A stretch of 59,080 bases of DNA, from the IMG/VR virus record IMGVR_UViG_3300031965_000032, positions 1 through 59,080 of that record, one strand, 5' to 3'. The notes beneath the pieces were generated by a model. It was not told where the DNA came from, searched no databases, and saw nothing but the letters and a program-made list of their open reading frames with translations. Origin of the DNA: a virus. Lineage: Duplodnaviria > Caudoviricetes. Position numbers and translations under genes: made by a program. Of this stretch, positions 52,794 to 59,080 are shown in pieces; within the stretch, counting starts at the first letter, position 1; the number at the start of each line of letters is the position of its first letter.

Positions 52794-53234
52794 ATGAGTG
52801 TGATGCTGTCCGAAGAATTTTGCTCGAATGCTGAACAGCCGCAGACCGGCAACCGTGTCTACCGAGACATTGAGTTGCGCGGTCTCGGGTTCCGCGTTAC
52901 GGCGCAAAATTTTAGGTCATTTGTTCTTCGATATCGCACAGCGTCCGGGCAAGAACGCCTGCACACAATCGGTCACTACCCCGAGATCAATTTAGCTAAA
53001 GCCAGGGCCATTGCCTCTGATCTAAAAATGCAGATTAGAAACTACGAGGCTGATCCCGTTGGCGACAGGAAGGCCCAACGGATTCGGAGATACAGGGCTG
53101 GCGCTCAGCCATACAAACGGAGGCAGCAGCGGAGGGTGGCTGCGGCGAAGCACGACGCGAAAGTGCGGCAGGACCGAGCAATCGCCGATGCGGTCCGCGC
53201 ACTCGGCCTGATTCAATCAGGAGACATTCAATGA
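52794..53234 (+). CDS. Stand-alone integrase arm-DNA-binding domain (DUF4102-like)
   Basis: RDIELRGLGFRVT...SFVLRYR...RLHTIGHYPEINLAKAR...DP. Confidence 0.8.
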   Translation: MSVMLSEEFCSNAEQPQTGNRVYRDIELRGLGFRVTAQNFRSFVLRYRTASGQERLHTIGHYPEINLAKARAIASDLKMQIRNYEADPVGDRKAQRIRRYRAGAQPYKRRQQRRVAAAKHDAKVRQDRAIADAVRALGLIQSGDIQ

Positions 53235-53296
53235 CGCTGCGCCGCAATCTCTTCTTTCGTCGGCGGGAAGGCGGCGCTGCTGCCGAAGTGAGTGGC

Positions 53297-54012
53297 ATGA
53301 CCATCATCCGCTGCATCGATCTGGAAAGCACCGGCATTCCGACCGAACAAGATCGGCACGCCGTCTGTGAGGTCGGCTGGTGCGACCTCACGTTGGTCGG
53401 TGGCGGCGACGTGATCATTGGCCCCACCGTCGACATGATCACCGACCCGAGGCGGCCGATACCGCCGGAGGCCCGCGCCGTGCACCACATCAGCGACGCC
53501 GAAGTGGCAGAGATCGGCCATCCGGTCGACGCCGCGTTCCAACTGCTGATGCAAGGTCCGCCAGATCTGTTCTGCGCGCACAACTCCGGATTCGAGCGGG
53601 AGTTTTTCGGTGGCGGCGATGTTCGGTGGCTCTGCAGCTACAAGGTCGCTCTCCGGCTCTGGCCTGACGCGCCGTCGCACTCGCTACAGGTGCTCCGCTA
53701 TCACCTTGAACTCGACGTGAACCACGAGCGAGCCATGCCGCCGCATCGTGCCGGGCCGGACGCCTACCTCTGCGCGGTCATGATGGCATCTATCCTGGAG
53801 GATGGACGCGCGACGATCGACGACATGGTCCGGTGGTCATCCGGTCCTGCGCTACTGCGCGCTGGGAAGACGTGCCGGCCGATTACCTGCAATGGATCGT
53901 CGACAAATCCGACCTCGATCGAGACGTGAAGGCCAACGCCAAGCACCACTTGAAGCAGCGCGATAATGCTTGGTCCAAAGCAACCGAGAACCGGGAGGAA
54001 CCGTACCCATGA
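53297..54012 (+). pseudogene. Exonuclease X-like DEDDh 3'-5' exonuclease with frameshifted C-terminal domain
   Basis: IDLESTG, AHNSGFE, HRAGPDA in frame; RWEDVPADYLQWI...DVK continues in another frame from about 53860 to TGA 54012. Confidence 0.75.
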
Positions 54013-54506
54013 CCGCCCTTGCCTCCCCAGAGCCAACCAAGCGCGCACGCGGTCCCTACGTGACCCCGGCGCCGCCCGCCGCCTATCCAGCGCTCACCAT
54101 GAACGCGCTGCGGCTCTATTTCAGCCTGCGCGCCGCCAACCATCCGGTCGCGGCCGCCAAGATCGCCGTGTCGCGAGCCTTCGGGGTCAGCATTGCAGAC
54201 CTCGACTCGCGGAAGCGTACCCAGCCCATCGCGCGCATCCGCCAGATCGCGATGGCGATCGTGCGCCTCACCACGAAGATCGTCTCAACAGCCGAGATCG
54301 GGCGGCGGTTCCACCGTGATCCCAAAACTGTCACCGCCGCCGTCGCCCGTCAGCAGGCCATGATCGTGCGGCTGATCAACGAGTTCCACAGCGAGCAGGC
54401 AAGGGGCGCGGTTGACTTGCCGACGTGGCCCTGGGGACGCGCGCGGCATCAAGCGAAAATAGACCCCGTCAAACTCTGTCGCGATCTTGTGGGGAGGAAC
54501 ACTTGA
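54009..54506 (+). CDS. Second DnaA domain IV-like HTH protein
   Basis: FGVSIADLDSRKRTQPIARIRQIAM...AEIGRRFHRDPKTV; GGAGG SD. Confidence 0.8.
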   Translation: MTALASPEPTKRARGPYVTPAPPAAYPALTMNALRLYFSLRAANHPVAAAKIAVSRAFGVSIADLDSRKRTQPIARIRQIAMAIVRLTTKIVSTAEIGRRFHRDPKTVTAAVARQQAMIVRLINEFHSEQARGAVDLPTWPWGRARHQAKIDPVKLCRDLVGRNT

Positions 54507-54820
54507 AGGCATCACCTGCACGCAAGCAATCTGCGCAGCGCCGAACGGTTCTTGAGGCCGTTTCAGCCTCTCGCGTCGAGTTCAACGAGGATGCGCCGCT
54601 GTCTCTGCTGCGCGAGGCGATGATCACCTACGATCGCGCCGACGACCACTATCTGGTGGCAAGCGAGTTCCTGTTCTGGCCGTTTACCGGCTTCTGGCGG
54701 CGGGCTGACCGCAGCAGATCGGGCTACACGGTCGGCAAGTTGATCGCGGCGATACGCGACAAGGATGCCGCGGGGCGTGAAAGCGTAGCTGGCGCTGGTA
54801 CGGAATCAGCGCCGAGTTAA
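54503..54820 (+). CDS. Hypothetical protein
   Basis: GGAGG SD before TTG; FLFWPFTGFW. Confidence 0.6.
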   Translation: MKASPARKQSAQRRTVLEAVSASRVEFNEDAPLSLLREAMITYDRADDHYLVASEFLFWPFTGFWRRADRSRSGYTVGKLIAAIRDKDAAGRESVAGAGTESAPS

Positions 54821-54838
54821 TGGAGAAATGGGAACCCG

Positions 54839-55012
54839 ATGCTCACAGAGCCACAATACACGGTGGTTGAGCGCAATGGTTGGTCCTACGTCGTCGGGGC
54901 GCCGGAGTTAAGGGACGCTGGGCCGTGGCGCTATCGTTGGGAGGCTCAGGAGTATGCCGACGAACTGAATGGAGCGGCGCAAGCGAGGCAACAGACTAAG
55001 CGGCACTCATGA
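54839..55012 (+). CDS. Small hypothetical protein (57 aa, not in the ORF track)
   Basis: MLTEPQYTVVERNGWSYVV...AQEYADELN read directly from the sequence. Confidence 0.5.
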   Translation: MLTEPQYTVVERNGWSYVVGAPELRDAGPWRYRWEAQEYADELNGAAQARQQTKRHS

Positions 55013-55052
55013 CAGATAAGTGAGAAACCAACAACAGAAGGAGTATCCTAAA

Positions 55053-55244
55053 ATGAAATTCCCAAAGGTGCTGTATGTCAGAATGGATAAGGACGGTGAT
55101 ACTACATACGCTGTCCCCTCAGAATACCTCATTGACATCGCCGAAATGGGAAAAACGACCCGCATCGGGATCTACGAACTACGCGAAACAGCTTTTGCTG
55201 AATGTGAAGTAAAGACATCCGGCGCGGTTAAGGTCCGGAGATAG
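55053..55244 (+). CDS. Small hypothetical protein
   Basis: AAGGAG SD; MKFPKVLYV. Confidence 0.65.
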   Translation: MKFPKVLYVRMDKDGDTTYAVPSEYLIDIAEMGKTTRIGIYELRETAFAECEVKTSGAVKVRR

Positions 55245-55277
55245 CGTCGCGCTGACAGATAAGGGGACAAGACCAAT

Positions 55278-55553
55278 ATGATGACCGAAGACGAAGCAAA
55301 AACGAAGTGGTGCCCGTTCCAGGGGAGCTATGAGGCTGGTTCACGCTGCAAAGCCTCCGGCTGCACGGTATGGCGCTGGCAAGAACTACAGGCAGATGAC
55401 GACTATCTCGCAGCCGTTGTGAAAGCGGCAGAAGAGATCGGCGATACCACAACGTCAAAGCACAAAGCGGCAAAACACGTCACACAGAACCGCGCTCATT
55501 ACGGGCTGCCGACGAAGCCATACCTTGGCGGCTGTGGGCTGGCGTCGCACTGA
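55278..55553 (+). CDS. Cys-rich hypothetical phage protein
   Basis: TEDEAKTKWCPF...CKASGCTVWRW...GCGLA pattern. Confidence 0.7.
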   Translation: MMTEDEAKTKWCPFQGSYEAGSRCKASGCTVWRWQELQADDDYLAAVVKAAEEIGDTTTSKHKAAKHVTQNRAHYGLPTKPYLGGCGLASH

Positions 55554-55575
55554 TTGTCAACAAGCGAGAGCAACC

Positions 55576-56148
55576 ATGACCGACGATCCGGACTTTGTAG
55601 AATTGCGGAAGCGGCTGCGCGCCCCAGAGGGGGTCTTTGCAACTCGATTGCACGCGACACTGGCTGTAGATGCTGCTCAGGCCGCCTACGCAATCGAGAA
55701 GCTGACCGCCGAACGCGATGAAGCTCGACGACAATGGGGAGAATGTGAAATCCAACGCGACTCCCAGATCAGTGCGGTCAATCAAATGCTAGCTGCGGAA
55801 CTTGCCCTCGTCACCGAGCGCAGCAACCGCGAGTTCACCGAACAATCGCTCGCGGCAATGCAAGCCGACCGCGACCGTTGGCTTGAGCGGGCGTTGGCTG
55901 CGGAAGCCAAGGTGGCCGCGCTGCGGGGGCACATCGAGCGCGCGCTTGGGCAGTTTAGTCGGAACCAGGGTAAATGCTGCTTGGGCGGGTCATGCACAAG
56001 GGACCAAGGGCGAGACGATGAGTGCGCGCTACACAATGTTGTAGCCACTCTGCGCGCCGCCTCCACCGCCCCGGCAGAGCCGCAGCCCGAAGCCCAGCCA
56101 CCGTGGAACTACATCAAAGTCCCCGCGCCGCCAAAGGATCAGCCATGA
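55576..56148 (+). CDS. Coiled-coil hypothetical protein
   Basis: AAYAIEKLTAERDEAR coil typical of Ead/Ea22-like early proteins. Confidence 0.65.
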   Translation: MTDDPDFVELRKRLRAPEGVFATRLHATLAVDAAQAAYAIEKLTAERDEARRQWGECEIQRDSQISAVNQMLAAELALVTERSNREFTEQSLAAMQADRDRWLERALAAEAKVAALRGHIERALGQFSRNQGKCCLGGSCTRDQGRDDECALHNVVATLRAASTAPAEPQPEAQPPWNYIKVPAPPKDQP

Positions 56149-56438
56149 CCACCGAAGACGAAATACGCGAAGCCGAGGCGGTTCGCAGCATGGCCGCGAA
56201 CAAACTGATAGAGGCTGAGCGACTTTTGACGGCTCTCTACATCCGTCAAGCCACAGAGACATACGGCATCAAAGTCGGGATGCGCGTCCGCAGCCAACGC
56301 GGCGAATTCATCGTTGATGAAATAGACCCATCATCATGGGCTGACAAGCCGTGGCTGCGTGGCCGAAAGATCAAGAATGACGGGACACTAGGGGCGATGC
56401 GGCGACGCATCTACAGCGATTGGGAAATCGTCACATGA
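56145..56438 (+). CDS. Hypothetical protein
   Basis: KPWLRGRKIKNDGT; ATGA-coupled. Confidence 0.65.
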   Translation: MTTEDEIREAEAVRSMAANKLIEAERLLTALYIRQATETYGIKVGMRVRSQRGEFIVDEIDPSSWADKPWLRGRKIKNDGTLGAMRRRIYSDWEIVT

Positions 56439-56650
56439 CAAAAGCATCACTTGCAGGATGGCAGTCGATTGAGACGACGACACCGCCTGATGACGGATCG
56501 AAAATTCTCGTTGGGTTCATGGGACAGTTCAATTGGACATATTATGTTGCCCCCGCACACGGCAAGAGAACTGGACACCATATGCCTTTTGCGTCGCCCA
56601 CACATTGGACGTTAATCACTCCGCCATCGTTGCCAGGAACCGCGTCATGA
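56435..56650 (+). CDS. DUF551-like small protein
   Basis: WQSIET..P.DG..IL and PTHW motifs. Confidence 0.65.
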   Translation: MTKASLAGWQSIETTTPPDDGSKILVGFMGQFNWTYYVAPAHGKRTGHHMPFASPTHWTLITPPSLPGTAS

Positions 56651-57015
56651 CCGACCTCACCGAACTTATAGAGAAAAAGGTGGAGGAGCCGACATATGCG
56701 CTCTTTCGAGAGTGTTACGTGGCCGTTTTCGGTGAGCCCCAGTTCAAGGCACCGTATGAAGGGCATGGCAATTACCGACGATTCCGCACGTTGCTTGATG
56801 CTGGCGCCTGGACCGACGCCGCAATGATGCTGATGCCGGAGGGGTGGTGTTTGCTGCTGGCGTGGAACCAGACGCGATCTATCTGCAATGTACATTCGCG
56901 TCCGGTCGGCGATCCAGCCGGTGTGTGGCCCGCGCACGGGGAAGCACAAACTCCCGCCCTCGCCATCGTCGCCGCCGCCCTCAAGGCGCGGGCCGCGCTT
57001 GCTTCTGCAAAGTGA
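56647..57015 (+). CDS. Hypothetical phage protein
   Basis: DAAMMLMPEGW...TPALAIVAAALKAR pattern. Confidence 0.7.
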   Translation: MTDLTELIEKKVEEPTYALFRECYVAVFGEPQFKAPYEGHGNYRRFRTLLDAGAWTDAAMMLMPEGWCLLLAWNQTRSICNVHSRPVGDPAGVWPAHGEAQTPALAIVAAALKARAALASAK

Positions 57016-57031
57016 GAAACCGGAGACAACA

Positions 57032-57262
57032 ATGAGAATGAAAGCTTACTACTATGACTTCATTAAAACAGGCGTCCCGGAGATTGACCGCATTCTGTCT
57101 GCGGTCGCATGCGCCGGGCAGGCGTACCATCACACAGAGGGCTGGCAAGACGAAGCGCCGCCTTACGATGGGCACCGTGGCGACTGTCCGGTTGACTGGA
57201 TTCAGAACGCAGCAAATGACGCAGCAGCAGCGTGGCCATCCGCACTGAAGACCGCTGAGTGA
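57032..57262 (+). CDS. Hypothetical phage protein
   Basis: AYYYDF..TGVPEIDRILSAVACAG.AYHHTE.W; GGAG SD. Confidence 0.7.
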   Translation: MRMKAYYYDFIKTGVPEIDRILSAVACAGQAYHHTEGWQDEAPPYDGHRGDCPVDWIQNAANDAAAAWPSALKTAE

Positions 57263-57301
57263 GAATGACTGACGGATGGGTGGGACCGCGAGGAGTTGAC
57301 G

Positions 57302-57853
57302 ATGAAGGCAATATCTCTGTGGCAGCCGTGGGCATCCCTGATCGCGTGTGGTGCCAAGGTGTTCGAGACGCGGCATTGGGCGCCGCCGCGCGAGTTAATC
57401 GGGCAGCCTATCGCCATTCACGCCGCCAAGAAGATCGACAAAGGGGCGGCGGCATTCGCCCAAGACTTGATGTACGGGCAGCACGATCCAGGTGGCTTCG
57501 ATCTGGCGGAGGCGCTCGAAACATCGATGAAGGACACGCCTGACGACCTCATGGGCCTTTTTGGGCAGGCAACGATGCCAATCGGGTGTGTCGTCTGTAT
57601 TGTGCGCCTTGACGCGGCATTCCAGCTTGGCGAACGGGCCGAAGGCACCGCGCTCCAGGGCGCAAAAGTTGTGCGGCGCATCACAAGCCGGCAAGTGCCG
57701 GAATGCTTCACCGTCCGATACGACGATTTCGGCGACTACGCGGCCGGCCGATGGGCTTGGCTCCTGCGCGACGTAAAGCCGCTCAACCCACCTATAGCGA
57801 TGAAAGGCCATCAAGGCTTTTTCGATCTGCCGCAAGGCTGGTTGACGCCATGA
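57302..57853 (+). CDS. ASCH/PUA-domain protein
   Basis: MKAISLWQPWASLI..G.K..ETR.W...IAIHAA...GRWAW.L...KGHQGFF. Confidence 0.88.
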   Translation: MKAISLWQPWASLIACGAKVFETRHWAPPRELIGQPIAIHAAKKIDKGAAAFAQDLMYGQHDPGGFDLAEALETSMKDTPDDLMGLFGQATMPIGCVVCIVRLDAAFQLGERAEGTALQGAKVVRRITSRQVPECFTVRYDDFGDYAAGRWAWLLRDVKPLNPPIAMKGHQGFFDLPQGWLTP

Positions 57854-57890
57854 CCGTCGCACTTACCTCAACTAAGCGCGAAGGCTGACG

Positions 57891-58607
57891 ATGACCGATC
57901 ACCCCATCATATTCTCCGCCCCCATGATTCAGGCTCTGCTCGATGGCAGAAAATCTATGACAAGAAGGCTGGCGTGGATGTTTAGTACAAAGGGTGTCGA
58001 TCATTGGCGCCCTTCCCGCTGGCAGAAGGTGAAGCCCGGCGACCGGCTATGGGTTCGGGAGACGTGGGCACATGATGGCCCCGATCTCGCAACAGTGAAA
58101 GAAACATGCTTCGACATCATGCCGGGCTCTGCGATCTACGGCCCTTACTACCGCGCCACTGAGGTTGCACCGGACACTCTCAACTGGCGCTCGCCCATCT
58201 TCCTCCCACGCTGGGCATCCCGTCTCACCCTGATCGTCACCGCGACAAAGATCGAGCGGTTGCATGATATCAGTGAGGAAGATGCGATTTTAGAGGGATG
58301 CGCGGCATCGCCTGAAACCATTTCGTATTGGTGGGATGGCTACGACAACCGCCTTCTGGACCGCGACGGCAATGCTGCGTCCGTATCTGTGATCGCCGGT
58401 GGCAAATACACCGACGTTCCGCCGGAGTGGATGGAGGTGACGCGCAAATCAAAAATGACGAAACGCGCCGTATCCGCAAGAGAACGCTTCTTTGATCTGT
58501 GGCGCATCTTCCGCGGCACAGACTCCATTAACCCAGAAATCGTTGCGCTGTCCGTCATACCCCACACAACCAACATCGATCAGATGCCGCAGGCGGAGGC
58601 CGCATGA
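57891..58607 (+). CDS. ASCH-like phage protein
   Basis: PIIFSAPMIQALLDGRKSMTRR, GDRLWVRETW, WRSPIFLPRWASRLTL, ERLHDISEEDAILEG. Confidence 0.85.
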   Translation: MTDHPIIFSAPMIQALLDGRKSMTRRLAWMFSTKGVDHWRPSRWQKVKPGDRLWVRETWAHDGPDLATVKETCFDIMPGSAIYGPYYRATEVAPDTLNWRSPIFLPRWASRLTLIVTATKIERLHDISEEDAILEGCAASPETISYWWDGYDNRLLDRDGNAASVSVIAGGKYTDVPPEWMEVTRKSKMTKRAVSARERFFDLWRIFRGTDSINPEIVALSVIPHTTNIDQMPQAEAA

Positions 58608-58888
58608 CCGAAGACGATCCCCACACCGTCCGCTATCCGATCGGCGAGCATCCGGCCTGGCAGGTCGTGTACTGGAACGGCAAGTGGGTATCTGGGCGCG
58701 AGGGGGCAACGAGCGCCTCGCTGGAAATATACACGCGGATCGGGCCTTGCCGCGTCCGCGATTTTACCTTGCCTGAAGAGTTAAGCGAGGTCGGTCAATG
58801 GATCAGCGCACTGACCCACGCCCATACCGCCGGCAAGGAAGCCCGCTCGCGTGAATTGCGGGAACTGTTGGGGGTAAAGATCGCATGA
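58604..58888 (+). CDS. Hypothetical protein
   Basis: GGAGG SD; ATGA coupling at both ends. Confidence 0.65.
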   Translation: MTEDDPHTVRYPIGEHPAWQVVYWNGKWVSGREGATSASLEIYTRIGPCRVRDFTLPEELSEVGQWISALTHAHTAGKEARSRELRELLGVKIA

Positions 58889-58931
58889 CCCCATTTGAGA
58901 TTGCTGTCGCCATCCGCAACCGCGGCGAGTC

Positions 58932-59080
58932 CGAGGAACTTCGGGCTTTCGTGCTGCGAACGATGGCCAATGAAAAAATGTGCGATCTCAGACTAGCACT
59001 GGAACTCTGTATTGGCTGGGAGCGTGCCTACGAGGAAGTGGAAAATCTACTCGACGCACTGCGTGTGGTCTCCGCCAAGG
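58932..59080. repeat. Terminal direct repeat, right copy (circular assembly overlap)
   Basis: Identical to 1-149 apart from one substitution. Confidence 0.97.

Noticed and set aside
52794-53234. Second integrase or integrated element
   Set aside because: No catalytic tyrosine recombinase domain follows in the annotated frames and no att-like boundaries were seen
1-59080. CRISPR array, diversity-generating retroelement, retron or IS element
   Set aside because: No regularly spaced repeats, no reverse transcriptase motifs, no template/variable repeat pair noticed and no transposase motifs; inspection was by eye only

Overview
This window is an apparently complete, circularly permuted genome (about 58,931 bp after removing a 149-bp terminal overlap) of a GC-rich temperate siphovirus-type phage with lambda-like head genes. 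GcrA-, GapR-, DnaA-domain-IV- and DUF6362-like genes point to an alphaproteobacterial host (inference). Layout: tyrosine integrase and attP (core matches a tRNA 3' end, flanked by arm repeats) at 0.8-2.2 kb; late operon on the minus strand from terminase (31.6 kb) through head, tail and tail tip to an atypical lysis region with no recognisable endolysin (3-5 kb); replication and early-right operon on the minus strand (46.4-34.7 kb) with a primase-helicase, three DNA methyltransferases, a nuclease and cell-cycle-regulator homologs; a divergent cro/repressor switch with palindromic operators (46.2-46.9 kb); and a long early-left operon of small genes on the plus strand that runs through the window ends into the integrase. 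The most striking element is a 5.1-kb, tightly coupled enzyme cassette between the capsid and head-tail joining genes (19.1-24.2 kb). It encodes two Maf/MptE-like domains fused to an FkbM methyltransferase, a PIG-L deacetylase, a WbdD-like methyltransferase fused to a CTP-dependent riboflavin-kinase-like domain, a degenerate DNA-MTase-fold protein and a GT8-like glycosyltransferase: a candidate pathway for building and capping a virion glycan. Other observations are a lambda-like cosQ/cosN signature, a -1 frameshift site in the tail chaperone, two distant clusters of GGACAT repeats (possible bipartite origin) and several genes with apparent internal deletions. All family assignments come from motif recognition by eye; no database searches were run.
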